NCBI RefSeq assembly: GCF_006345805.1
Contig: NC_043012.1
Span: 1,426,001 to 1,490,000, forward strand
Direction: 5' to 3'
DNA from: Octopus sinensis
Taxonomy: Eukaryota
Length of the DNA: 64,000 nt
Positions 15,672 through 28,590 of this stretch are shown here, piece by piece (position 1 is the stretch's first letter; each line of letters opens with the position of its first letter). Position numbers and translations under genes: made by a program. The notes beneath the pieces are model-generated. The model saw nothing but the letters and a program-made list of their open reading frames with translations. It did not search any database and had not been told where the DNA came from.

Positions 15672-15722
15672 GTTTCACTGAAGGCAGGTATTCTCCGGGG
15701 AATTGACCGAAACGTATAAATA
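15672..15722 (+). ncRNA. Degenerate hammerhead-like motif
   Basis: CUGAAGG-CA-GGU AUUC(loop)GAAU UG ACC-GAAAC-GUA. A9 is mutated and stem I is weak. Confidence 0.4.
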
Positions 15723-15974
15723 CCATTTAGTGCAGCCATATCAATGATTGTGGCCCCTGGTTTATTTGAAATACCAAATATATTCTCAAATATATTCCAC
15801 ATCTTGAATATGCACATATACACAAACATATACACACATCATATATATATATTACATACATAGAGAGGTAGAGGCAGAGAGACAGAAGAATAAAAGTGGG
15901 GTGAGAAAAAATGACAGGGACACAGTGAAGTGAGAAGAGGAGAGAAAGTGAGCATGACCGAATTCCAGAAGGAA

Positions 15975-16345
15975 TTATCTTGAGAATGTATATATTTGTT
16001 GTAATCTTTTGTGCCCAATATTTCAATGAACTTGTTAAACTTTTTTATGTTCTTAACATGCTCTTGTCGCCAAAGAATGTATATATATATATTGTAGTAC
16101 TCTGTGTCAACCAATATTCTGTGCGTGTTTGAATATACAGATACAATACCAATATTCCACTGAACTTTTTAATAATTCCTTCTGGAAACTATCTTTAACA
16201 TCTTCTTGAGAACGTATATATATGTTGTAATCTTTTGCGCCCAATATTTTAAGGAACTTATTAAACTTTTTTATGTCCTTAACATGTCCTTGTTACCAAG
16301 GACTGTATATATGTAATGTAGCATTTTGTAACAACCAATAATTAA
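15975..16345. repeat. Diverged tandem duplication of about 150 bp
   Basis: TCTTGAGAA.GTATATA..TTGTAATCTTTTG.GCCCAATATTT..AAC.AATA at about 15978 and about 16204. Differences are mostly non-synonymous in the open frame. Confidence 0.85.
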
Positions 16346-16497
16346 CGCAACCAAACTTCTACATGTTACTTTTGACAATCTTTTTCCAAAGAGTGAAACC
16401 GGTAAAGTAAATAAACATCGTTTAAAATTGCATTTTCAAACCTTTCATATATAAGTCCACTCGTGCGGTACCCTTACGACTCCGCTTTGTTATTATA

Positions 16498-16559
<62 letters not shown>

Positions 16560-16567
16560 TTATATAT

Positions 16568-16601
<34 letters not shown>

Positions 16602-16779
16602 TATGTATGTATGTATATATATAGACACATATACACACACAAGTTTTCTTTGTATCGTCTACCTGTTTGTTTTTACCCTGTTTTTTTTATCACCTAACTG
16701 TCTGGATGTTGTGCGTCATTGCCCCATTTTGTATTCTTATTATATATATATTATATATATATATATTATATATATATAT

Positions 16780-16817
<38 letters not shown>

Positions 16818-16836
16818 GATAGATAGATAGATAGAT

Positions 16837-16867
<31 letters not shown>

Positions 16868-19139
16868 GATAATAAATACAACGTACATATATACATATAA
16901 TATACCATGCATATATATATATATATATATATACATATATATACACGCACGTTGGTTTTAAAAGAACAATTTCAATAAGCTGCCAACTGTTTCATGCGAA
17001 TGCGTTTGCAATTAATCGTTGTTTGAATGATGATGACGCGTGTAAGATTTATCTTAGAAAACACAACAATAACTGATTTAAGGAGATCATAAATGATACA
17101 AAACAAAGTGAATGTATATGTAAGCGAAAGAAAGTAATCAATCAGGGACAGAGTGATATTAACTTGCTTTCCTTGTTTAACATATTGTCGAAAAAAATCG
17201 ATGATGAGGAATACACTTGAATTGTTATGTAGGCCTTAGGATCGATGATCAATTATTGATAATCTAATTAAATACATAATTATATGTGATTAATATATCA
17301 TTCCAATGTCTGTACATAAATATATGTTCGTATTATTCAGTTGTGAATCAAATGATCATTGAAGGGAATATAAAATGGTGATTATACAACATTGTGCAGC
17401 GGGATTGAAACATGAATTTTAGATTATATGTGCACGCATGGAAAAAGGTATTAATTCGGTTTTTAGCAAAAGTGCACCAATTTATGGATCGATTATTTAC
17501 AGACAATCGTTTTTAGAGTCTATACAAATTAATGAGATATCGTTGCCCTATGCTGGTGCAATTGCGAAATGAAACCTTAGGTTGTGAGAAACTTACGCAA
17601 AGATTTGCTGCTGTGTGGCGAAGGACCATCAACACTTGTGTAAACACTAAATACAACTACTTATTTCAACTATATAGGAATTTGGATAAGTCCTGGTGTT
17701 TAATTTTGAGTTACTTAGGGTAGCTATAGTTTGCACTAAATTGGGTATGGTGGAGTAAAATAACTTTACATTATGTCTATTAAAGATTTTGTGGCATCTG
17801 TGTGTGAGAGGAAAAAGTTTTTGTCTAGTGCCCTAAAGAAAATGTCGGGTATGTCTAAGCAATGTTCGATGCAAAAGGAGGATTACACCACGTTATATTC
17901 TTCTTGCGTACCAAGTTAGTTCGTATCTAGCAACACTTTGCTTACTGGCAACGGATTCTTTCTAAAATTTAGAGAATTGCTCAACGATATTAGCGTTATG
18001 GTCTAATTTCTTAGAATTTGCGTTTTTGGAGTGAAATATACATAATCTATTTCTGTGCGGACGTAAAGTCGCGCTACCAAGTCTGTGATCTAGCCTGTTT
18101 AACTAAGAGTAATACGATGTTGGGAGGTGATGGAGAGTGGGAACCAGTGTATCTGGTGCTGTTATGTATGCGATATTATCTCTTTACCAAGCTCTGGTCA
18201 ATTCTTCATTGTAGTAATGAGTGTTCTGTGATAAAAACATACGCACATGACAATATATATATACATACATACATACATATATATATATTATATATATATA
18301 TATTATATATATATATATATATACACACATATATATACACACATATATATACATATGTATATATATATATTATATATATATATAATATATAATATATATA
18401 TATATACATACTTATATACATAAAATATACACACACATATATATGCATATATATATATATATCATATTTTATTATATCGATGAAGCAAAGCTTTCGACGA
18501 GTTTTCGAGGAAAAGAAGGAATGTGGCTAATAGAGGAGAGATGTTTGCCTAGACGTGCAATTAAATGTTCGTGCGTATATACATATGACCATTTCTCTCT
18601 CTCCTCTGTCTCTGTCTATCTCTGTATATATATGAATTCATATATACATACATTTATATATATGTATGTATGTATGTATGCATGTACATGTGTGTGTGTG
18701 TGTGTGTACACGTACACACACACACATGGACGTACAATTTTTCTAAACAGAAAAGTACACATATGCTTATAACTACATCCATATGCATGTCCTATCCACC
18801 GACGCCAATAAAACGCTTTAAATATCCTGCATCTTCATTCTAAAATTTTTATAAATGTATACTTTTGTCCATACATGTATTTCTTGCATTCGATATAAAA
18901 ATTCGTTTCTTAATATATTTTAATTAAGATTTTGCAATTGCCCAAAGCTATTTACCCCAAAACTAAAAGCCACACTCCATTTAGAAATTTTTCGTCATCC
19001 ACTGCATAAGACATTGCCTGGATAAATGTTTTGTGTTATATCAACACACATTATCACATGCACACAAATACACACATACATATATATACATGTATATGTA
19101 TATTTACACACATATGCATATTGATAGTTACATGTACAT

Positions 19140-19208
<69 letters not shown>

Positions 19209-19296
19209 AGAGAGAGATACATACGTATTTATAGATAGATAGATTAATAGATACATACAAAGGCATACATGCACACATGTATATATGTATATACTG

Positions 19297-19329
<33 letters not shown>

Positions 19330-19572
19330 GTGAATGATATATATACGCATGTGGTGTATGTAGACATTCCTGTCTGAGTGGATGCATTTCTTAATTACAT
19401 AGTGGCATATGATCAGTTGGATTTAACTTAACCATATATGCAAATGCATTTCAAATGATATACACCATATTGCCCAAATGAAAATATATTGTATTGCAGT
19501 TGTATTTTTAAGTACATCCTAACTTTTCATTATTTGCTGAGAACCATATATACTCTATGCACGTATCAAAAT

Positions 19573-19984
19573 CAGTGACGTGCCACCTGGGTGGACAGGG
19601 TAGACAGTGCCTACTCTGAATAAAATAGATCGATAGTAACATTTTCCTTTTATGGCAAAATATGCATCTAATTCAGTAAAATTATGAAGGTTATTCTGAA
19701 TACTATGCATAAAATACAAAATATCTTATTTAATTTTTTGTAGATTAGGTAGGCATAAGTTGCCCCAGTTTTGCAATCTCAGTATTAAAGCTACCCATAG
19801 TACTACTCTAGTACACGTGCTGCGTACATTCCTACAATAACATTTTCTTTACGCGCTGAAAAGGCATAAGGAAATCTGCCTTCAACTCAGTCACGCGTAT
19901 GTGTTTCGCTTATTACTTTGTGTGTTTTACTCCATAAACGTCACCAACTGCCTACCCTGAGTAATTACTGATGGCACGTGCGTG
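19573..19984. mobile_element. Putative hAT-like MITE
   Basis: Imperfect TIRs (CAGTGACGTGCCA..CAGGGTAGACAGT versus reverse complement CACGCACGTGCCA..CAGGGTAGGCAGT). Flanks ATCAAAAT and ATCCAAAC match at 6/8, a possible TSD. Confidence 0.5.
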
Positions 19985-20019
19985 ATCCAAACATATTTAA
20001 CTGTATCATTTGTTTTTGA

Positions 20020-20330
20020 TATTTTACTTGTTTCAGTTTTTCACTGCGGCCATGCTGGTGCACAGCCTTGTAGAACTTTTAGTCGAATGAATCGAGGCCA
20101 GTACTTATTATTTCTTTAATGCCTGCTACTTATTCTGTTGGTTTCGGTCTCTCTCTGTTGTCATCAGCCGAACCGCTAAGATATGGGGAAGCAGTGACGG
20201 AGGACGAACGCAGACACAAGACAAACACACACACATACACACACACATACACATACATACACTCACACATACATACACACACATATACATACATACATAT
20301 ATGAGTGTGTGTGTGCGTGTATATATATAT

Positions 20331-20372
<42 letters not shown>

Positions 20373-20520
20373 GACGAGTTTCTTTCATTTTCCGTCTACC
20401 ATATTCGTTCGCAAAGCATTACGCTATAGTTGAAGAAACTTGCCTGCAAGTTCTACGCATTGAGACGGAACCCAGAACCATTTGTTTGGAGAGCAAGCTT
20501 CTTACCACGCAGCCATATAT
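20020..20520 (-). mobile_element. SINE family B
   Basis: Head, central microsatellite and tail in reverse orientation. Confidence 0.8.
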
Positions 20521-20623
20521 ACGTGTACATATGTATTAGTACATATGCATGTATCTATTCTCCCGATCTACTTGTTCTCGTGACTGCCTCCACTTGTTCC
20601 CTTCTATCTCAACTTAGTCTTAC

Positions 20624-20691
20624 CCCTCCTTCGTCTGACATCCCCATTATTCCTTCGATCCCTCGCTGCACTCATGAAGCAATTCCACACG
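20624..20691 (-). CDS. Candidate internal exon (xVWNCFMSAARDRRNNGDVRRRR), product unknown
   Basis: Acceptor TTATCTCTCTTTTCACAG and donor GGG|GTAAGA. One open frame. No homology recognised. Confidence 0.3.
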
Positions 20692-21164
20692 CTGTGAAAA
20701 GAGAGATAAGTAGAAACGCTAAACTATTGGTAACCTGGAAGAGTGCTGAAATAGAATTTTTCCTCTGCGCACCTATGATATTAATAAATTATCCCTCCAG
20801 CATAATATTAAGTGGCCCTGAAACACAAAAATCAAACCGCTCCTGTGCACTCGTCAGGACACACTTGGAAAATTTTCAAGAATGTTGGACTCCAAACGGA
20901 ACGTCTGTCAAGAGCATTTTCATATAAATTCTCTGAAGTAAGTGTTTATAATCCTCATGTGGTGCACGTATACTTCGCTCACGAAAGTTAAAGGAATCTC
21001 GTACTGAGTCTAATTAATATTAAATGCAAAAATTATCATTCCCCTCTCTCACGTGCTCACATAATTTTTCTTTATTATCTTCTGCTTGTTCCATTCATTG
21101 AACTGCAACCATGAATGCCTTTGTCTGCTAAATCACAGCTTTTACTTATTCTTTTCAAAATTTG

Positions 21165-21290
21165 GTACTTACTCTGGCGATCTCGTTTGTCGAACCGCAA
21201 GGCTATGGTAAAGTAAACATACTGGCATGCCAACGCCAGTTGTCAAGCGATTGTTGGGGACAAACACTAACACACACACATGCATACATA
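21165..21290 (-). mobile_element. SINE family B, 3' part
   Basis: GAACCGC.AG..AGTTGTCAAGCGAT.GTTGGGGACAAACAC. Confidence 0.7.
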
Positions 21291-22269
21291 TATATATATA
21301 TATATATACATATTTATATTTAAATGTGTGTGTATATATATAAATATACATATAAAATGTGTGTGTGTGCGTGTGTAAGTGGTGCTAAGGAGAATATTGA
21401 AACTGAAATATTAAATTTAAATTAGAGCGAATTACTTGCCACCAACCGTAATGTATAACATTTGGGATTTTCAATATAATATGGCTGCCTCATTAGATAA
21501 CTGAGTCAACAAGAATTAATTGCAAATTTCAATGATACAGCTGTCAAGAAGTAATATTGGATACCAACGCCATGTTAATTATTTAACGTCGAAAAAAGTT
21601 ATTCTCTTCGGTCAAATTCGATCATATATTAGCAATGCCATTTTGAATTATTTATATAAAACACGACTACTTCCAATAAGATAAAGAAAAAAATCACCTC
21701 TTGTTGACTTGGCAAGTGTATTTATTGTGTTCATTTTCTTTTATTAATATTGGCATTTGTTCCTTCTTAATTATTCTGCGTGTAGAACGGTTTCATCGCT
21801 TTGCAAGAGTATCATGGTCGTGCCCGAATGATGGTATTTCTGTGTTTGTAGAATTTGCCCCTAACTGACATCAATAATTAAGATATAGATAAGTATGTGT
21901 GCATGTTGACCGTAATTATGATGCGATGAGTATAAAGAGGAAGAAGATAATGAATGGCAACCATAATACTTTCTACTATAGTCACAAGACCTGAAATTTT
22001 GAGTGAGGGTTAAGATGATGCCATGCTGTCCAATATCTCACTTGTACTCTTGTTATAGAGCCTGAAGTATGAAACGCTACGAGATTACCATAATTATGAT
22101 AATGATATGAAAAACGATGATGGTGATAATGGCGATGATGATGATAATAATAATATTGTGGGGTTTTTCAGATAATGCAATGATAAAAAATAGGGTGGAT
22201 GATAGAGATGTAGCGCTCATGATACAGTAGGGCATCTAGGAATAATAGAGGAATCCCACAGTCCGAGAT

Positions 22270-22725
22270 TTTCTTGAACACCAAAATAAGTGCTCTCTAC
22301 AATTCCTTCTGTTTCTCTTACACTGAGAGAGGTACCATCCACTGTTGCCATTTTTGCAACGTTTACCCACCTTTCAATTAACTCACTCGAGGACAGCACT
22401 TCCCTCTCCAGTCTCAACTTTCTTATTCAAGGGAAACTTGAAAAATTCGATGAGAGTTCTGCCAAAGAGGAATGTATCTGTCCTCATGCCTTTCAGCCTT
22501 GTCCACCAAACAACCTCTTTCACCACAGCCACCAGGAAAAGGAAAACTGCCTTGCCTGCCCGAATGAAAGAGGGCAGCGGGGCAATCATTCCTACGGATA
22601 CGGCAGAGAGACGGTTCCGTCCCAAATGCGACAGTAGCTGTCCAACATAACGCCACAATAAAAACAAGAGCACTCAGAGAGCATAAACATCCGTCAAGGC
22701 AACACCAAGGTCCTCTCAACGATTA
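22270..22725 (-). pseudogene. 5'-truncated LINE ORF2 C-terminus, probably L1/Tx1-like
   Basis: AVFLFLVAVVKEVVWWTRLKGMRTDTFLFGRTLIEFFKFPLNKKV, frameshifting into RLEREVLSSSELIERWVNVAKMA. A second copy lies at 3.3-3.6 kb. Confidence 0.6.
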
Positions 22726-22732
22726 GCCAGAG

Positions 22733-23200
22733 ATGATTTTTCAAATGAAAATATCTGAAATAAACTCGAGTGCACTCACAAACGAGAATACTAAAAATGG
22801 ATCCGACCGCTCTCAAGCATTAAGTAAAAAAAAATGGGAAAAGAAACGAACAAAACACAACTATCAATGCGCACTGACAAACAGTCCCATCCGTGACACA
22901 GATTTATGCCAACGGGTAAATGTTGTGTATAGAATACAATGTAACAAATGCAACAAGTTCTATGTGCGTAGCACAACAAAACCGTTACACGTCCGCATCA
23001 AAGAACATCTGAACATGAGGGCCTCCTCCTTCAGAAAACATCTAGACAGAAGCCAGAATACCGTCAAAAGCATAACAGTCACAATTGAGGTCAATGAAAG
23101 AAATTTCGGTAATTTAAGAATTAAGGAGGCTATTCTCATACACAGACTACGGCCCCAAATTAACAACAGGCTGGAGGTTGGTAATCAATATATTATTTAG
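22733..23200 (+). pseudogene. Penelope-like element GIY-YIG endonuclease domain, 5'-truncated
   Basis: NVVYRIQCNKCNKFYVRSTTKPLHVRIKEHL..SSFRKH..IKEAILIHRLRPQINNRLE has the PLE-type GIY-YIG with CxxC and His ligands. YVG is mutated to YVR. Confidence 0.9.
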
Positions 23201-23493
23201 CTACATCTGGATGCGTGTAAGTTCATTTTTGATAACATGCTGATGTATTGTTTATAACAAAAGAAAAAAAGAAGAGAAAAAGAAGGGAAAAAAGAGGAAG
23301 CTGCACGTATAATACATAACTTAGAAGCAGTGCTACGGATGCACCAGCACACACGAGATTGAGACATGGCCGACTTCACGCACTTCTCACGAGGAATTCC
23401 GGAAGGAGCTTCGTGAGATCACTGTTGAGACGCTTCCGAAAAAGAAAAAAGAAAAGCTGTTGGAGAACCGATTTTAGCAGCGACTTCAACTAA

Positions 23494-23530
23494 GTATATC
23501 TGAAGAAGGAATTTTATTCCGAACTATTAT
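23494..23530 (+). ncRNA. Degenerate hammerhead-like motif in the PLE 3' repeat (pLTR)
   Basis: CUGAAGA-A-GGAAU UUU AUUCC-GAAC, 300 bp downstream of the GIY-YIG stop. One A of GAAA is missing. Confidence 0.55.
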
Positions 23531-23692
23531 CAGACTGTGGATGACTAAATTATAACAGGTATATAGCCCATTGTTTGTATTATAGTGCATTGTTGTACCA
23601 TTCAAAACTTTTTATTCTTTAGGAAAAATTACCATGTCGCACATGTACGGTTGTGGATCAATGTGAAAGAAGAAGAAATAATAATCAACTAA

Positions 23693-23836
23693 GAAGATTT
23701 GAAGTGGGAAATACGAAGGTTGTGGTTTATGAAGAGAGTAAATGTGATACCAATAGTAATTGGCGCACTTGGAAGTATTTGCACTCAACGACCAGCATCG
23801 CTAAAATAGATTGGTGCAAGTGTGAAGATAGAACAT
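23693..23836 (+). pseudogene. R4/Dong-like RLE domain fragment
   Basis: EDLKWEIRRLWFMKRVNVIPIVIGALGSICTQRPASLK*IGASVKIEH. Overlaps in homology with 5391-5501. Confidence 0.75.
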
Positions 23837-24291
23837 ATATATATATATATATATGCAATATGCACATACATATGTGTGTGTGTGAATATATATATATATA
23901 TATTATATACTATATATATATATACATAAATAGGTATACACATATGTACCAAAACATATGTATGCGTAAAGATGTGTGTATATATGGTCGCCATAAACTT
24001 TGAACGCTTCTACATTCCTATTTATATTGTTAAATTTTAATACAAATCTAAACATACACATATGTGTGTGTGTGTGTTTGTGTGTGTGAAGTTTTGCAAA
24101 ATTATCCCCTACTTCTATATACATATCTGTATGCGTACATATACATGTATGCATAGACATACACATGCACACACAAACACACACACCCACGCACACACGC
24201 ACACACTCACACACTCACACACTATATATATACATGTGTATACATATATACATATATATATAAATAAACATATACACACACACACACACAC

Positions 24292-24325
<34 letters not shown>

Positions 24326-24545
24326 TAATGTATATATATACGCATATATATACATACATATATATATATACATATACACACACATATATGTATATATGTA
24401 TATATATAGGTATATATATATACATATTACATATACATATATATATATTCTATACGTATATATAATGTACATATACATATACACACACATATATATGTAT
24501 ATATGTATATATAGTATATATACGCATATATATGTACCCACACAT

Positions 24546-24608
<63 letters not shown>

Positions 24609-25264
24609 AGTGTGTATCATCTGCATATTCATACACGTGCATTTGTTCTGCTACTTGAATATCCGCATTTAACTCTCGATCATTGAATCCGTTCGTTGCT
24701 CTAAATATTGCCAACATGGTTGACGTATTCATCTGTGGGCTTTTAAATTCAATTTTCCATAAATTTGTAGGTGTTTGTTCTTAGTTTTGCTCCGCTCGCA
24801 ACTTGTGCTGTCACCTGACATTACTTGGTAACAAAAGTCATTGATTTATGTAAATTTCCCTCTTCAATTCTCCCGAAAGTGCATCATATCAAGTATATAA
24901 TGGCGAATAAAGTTGATAAAAATGAGATCTATAAGCGAAAAAAAATCCCCCCCCAAAAAGCTAACAATAAAAGAATGTTAAAATTGATTGGGTTACGTAC
25001 ATAAAGAATGAGAGGAAGCGAGAGAGTAAAGTAGAAATAAGAGAGAGGGGGATAGAGAGAAAGAGAGGCAGAGAGAGAGAGTACGGTGGAAAGAAAAAGA
25101 GAAAGAAAGAAAGAAGGAAAAGACAGAAAGAAAGAGAGATACAAATAGAGTGAGAAATCGCGGTGTACGTAAAAAGGAAGCGTAAGGGACGAGTTTGAAA
25201 TATTGAATAAAACTGGTGTTAAGATAGAATTGGGGATAAAAAAAAACTAATATGAAACGTAATG

Positions 25265-25295
25265 GAAAATATATTGTGGTTCAACAATGACAATG

Positions 25296-25338
<43 letters not shown>

Positions 25339-25340
25339 TG

Positions 25341-25373
<33 letters not shown>

Positions 25374-25613
25374 TAATTAATAATAATAATAATGATAATG
25401 ATAATAATAATAATAATCCTAATAACAATAATAATAATAATAGTAATAATAATAATAATAATGACATAATAATAATAATAATAATAATACTACATCATAA
25501 TAATAATAATAATAGTAATAATAATAATAATAATAATAAGTAATAATAATAATACTAATAGTATTAATAATAATAATATGATACAATAATAATGATAATA
25601 ATAATAATATAGC

Positions 25614-25644
<31 letters not shown>

Positions 25645-25659
25645 GTAATAATAATAATG

Positions 25660-25692
<33 letters not shown>

Positions 25693-25760
25693 GTAATAAT
25701 TATAATGGTGATAATGATAATATTACTACTGCTAATAATAGCAATAATAATAATAATGTG
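25265..25760. repeat. Degenerate (AAT)n
   Basis: Seen directly. Confidence 0.95.
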
Positions 25761-25899
25761 AGTGAGGAAGAGGGAGAGATTAAAAGTTAGAGAAAGAATG
25801 AAAGGAGTGAAAAGAGAGAGGAAGATAGGTAGGTACAGAGTGAGTGAGAGAGAGAGAGAGAGAGAGTAGACAATGCAACATGTAAAGCTTGTTACTTTC

Positions 25900-26270
25900 T
25901 CTAAATCTCTCTCTATAAAACTGAGAATGTGTGTCTGTCTGTCTGTGTGTTTCCCTAAACCTTGAGAACTGCACAACCAATTTCATTCAAATTTTACGCA
26001 TGCCTTACTTAGGGTCTAAGGAGTGTTATAGGCAACATAGTTTTTTTAACTTCTTTTTTAACTTTAAGCTGATAGAGATATCATATCTTCTCCTCTATGA
26101 ATCCTTAAAACTTGAGAACTACACAACCAATTTCATTCAAATGTTATACATGCCTTACTTATAGTCCATGTAGTGTCATGGGCAAAAGAAATGTTTAACT
26201 TCTTGCCTAGGGCGAGGCCACAGCAATATCTCATCTTCTCCACTATTTCAGTATTACGTCTGAAACAAAA
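25900..26270. mobile_element. Possible non-autonomous Helitron-like repeat with an internal ~60-bp direct repeat
   Basis: Start TCTATAAAACTGAGAATGTGTGTCTGTCTG. CTTGAGAACT.CACAACCAATTTCATTCAAAT..CATGCCTTACTTA occurs twice. Confidence 0.3.
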
Positions 26271-26317
26271 GCATCTCTCTATGTATGTATATGGATGTAC
26301 ATATATATATATATATG

Positions 26318-26368
<51 letters not shown>

Positions 26369-26568
26369 ATATATAGATGTTTATATATACATGTATATGT
26401 ATAGATGTATTTCTATAGATATACATGTATATGTAAACATGTATGTCTAGATATATGTATAGATGTACGCATATATATACACATATATACATGCATATAT
26501 ATATATATATATATATATACAATCATACACACATACACACGCAGCGATACAAAATACACACACACACA

Positions 26569-26700
26569 GCTGCAGGTGTGGCAGTGTGGTAACAAACTTG
26601 GTTCCAAAACACATAGTCCTCAGTTCAGGTCCACCGTGTGGTAACTTGGCACGTGTCGTCTGCTATAGCCTGAGACCAACCAAAGCCTTGTCAGTGGATT

Positions 26701-26738
<38 letters not shown>

Positions 26739-27105
26739 TGTGTACAGTGCTCAGGTGCACTACAACTCATCTAAAGTTTATATATAATCAGGTGTAGTTT
26801 CGGCGGATTTCGGAAAGCATGAGGGCCTTAAAGGATGCAGTGTCATGGCAGTCAACAACTGACGCAGGCAGTTTATTCCATGCTTCAGCAACTCTGAGCG
26901 TGAAACTGAAAGAAATCAATTGTATGTATATATATGTATATATGTATGTATACATGTAAGTCTATGTGTGTGTGTGTCTTTGTGTTTCTCCCTCATCACT
27001 GCTTCACAACTAGTGTTTGTTTATTTACATCCTCTTAACTTAATGGTTTCATAAGAAGAAACTGATAGAATAAGTACCAGGTTTATCAAATATATAAAAG
27101 TACTA
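26569..27105 (+). mobile_element. SINE family B interrupted by a CR1 fragment
   Basis: The head ends at GTGGATTT (about 26700) and the SINE resumes at GAAACTGAAAGAA (about 26903). Confidence 0.7.
26702..26902 (-). pseudogene. CR1-like LINE 3' end with (ATT)n tail
   Basis: Minus frame FTLRVAEAWNKLPASVVDCHDTASFKALMLSEIRRNYT* shows the CR1-type RV..AWN.LP..VV motif. Confidence 0.8.
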
Positions 27106-27181
27106 TGCAGTGTCTCATATTTTTGTTTGCCCACTCAGTTGTATCTATCAATTTATCTTTGTGTGTGTGTATACATACATA

Positions 27182-27246
<65 letters not shown>

Positions 27247-27365
27247 TTATATATATATATATTATGTGTGTGTGTATGTATGTATGTATGTATGTATGTA
27301 TGTATTTCGTAGACAGAACTGAAAACATCAATCGTGTATAATGTATTATGTATATATGTAAGTGT

Positions 27366-27611
27366 ATGTGTTTTGGTATTGACAACAAGAATGACAATGG
27401 CCAGAGACTACTTGAATTTTGCACATACCATAACCTGTGCATTACTAACACATTTTTGCCAACAAAACATCCCACAAGGCATCTTGGGGACATCCAAGAT
27501 CTCACCACTGGCATCAGCTGGATCTCATCATTACACAAAGATCCTTTCTCAATTCTGTTCAACTGGCCCGTAGTTACCACAGCGCGGATTGTGACACAGA
27601 TCATTCACTAA
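27366..27611 (+). pseudogene. RTE-clade LINE AP-endonuclease fragment
   Basis: FGIDNKNDNGQRLLEFCTYHNLCITNTF, frameshift, WGHPRSHHWHQLDLIITQRSFLNSVQLARSYHSADCDTDHSL. Confidence 0.85.
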
Positions 27612-27654
27612 TAAGGTGCAGGGTGAGGATTCTGCCAACAAAAGTCCATCACTC

Positions 27655-27752
27655 AAAGAAAATGGGGTCGATTCTTTCGACTAGAAATACTCAAGGTGCT
27701 GCACCAGCGTGGCCGCAGTCTAATGACTGTGAGAAATGAAAAATAAACGGTA
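27655..27752 (+). mobile_element. SINE family B tail
   Basis: GGGGTCGATT..CGACTA..GGTGCTGCACCAGCGTGGCCGCAGTC.AATGACTG. Confidence 0.7.
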
Positions 27753-28004
27753 ATAGATGCTGTTATGAAGTTTCTCGTATTATGGAATATTTCAACGCCA
27801 CGATTCAATCACTAAACTATTTTTATTCACTGTAAAATAATTAGCTTATGAAATATAAATGGTGATTAAATATTTTGAAAGCCATTTTGTACATAGACAT
27901 GAATAAAATATTTCCACAATTTATTAGTTTATTCCGAATCAGACAAATTATATCGATGCCACCAGTATTGTTTGATATTCGTTGCGTGTTTAAAGAAACA
28001 GGAA

Positions 28005-28058
28005 GCTGAAGAAGAAGGAGAAGAAGAAGAAGAAGAAGAAGAAGAAGAAGAAGAAGAA

Positions 28059-28105
<47 letters not shown>

Positions 28106-28152
28106 AGAAGAAGAAGAAGAAGAAGAAGAAGAAGAAGAAGAAGAAGAAGAAA
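28005..28152. repeat. (GAA)n microsatellite
   Basis: Seen directly. Confidence 0.95.
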
Positions 28153-28590
28153 AGTCGTATAAATGTACTTTATTCAAACGTACCAAACATGAAATCTATA
28201 ATTTTTGTTTTCAAATTGCAGTATTTGTTTATTCTGAACAATATTTTAAAAAAAGGAATCGTCACAGGAGACGGTAAAACATATACTATGAAAGGTGTTT
28301 GATATGCCGATTAATATCGGTTTGATGTCGAGAATGGGATAACTAACTTACCTCATGGGCAGGTACAAGCACTTTAACCTTCGTTGATACTCTACCAAAG
28401 GGAAGGAAGTCTACGAAATAAAAGCTGAGGCCATGGAAGTTCCTGGGTTTGTCAATTTTCAGGTTATACAGGCAAAGTCTCCTTGGGCCTATAGATGGGG
28501 TAGTGGGGTACAAGCTACACCCACTGTAAAATTATTCATCAGCACAGGTACTTCCCGTACAACAAAGCTTAGAAAAATCATTGACGTTAT

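Noticed and set aside
15584-15835. ORF with GATIIDMAALNG, loosely SDR-like
   Set aside because: No other SDR motifs. The opposite strand carries a hammerhead-like repeat motif.
17784-21830. Further plus-strand exon-like stretches (about 17785-17847, 20857-20936, 21788-21835)
   Set aside because: AG/GT boundaries exist but several frames are open and nothing is recognisable. This is expected by chance in AT-rich DNA.
24630-24732. Minus [29 protein letters not shown]
   Set aside because: Poor splice sites; runs into a microsatellite.
27972-28277. Poly-Glu ORF followed by YKCTLF (zinc-finger-like)
   Set aside because: (GAA)n repeat. No second Cys or His pair.
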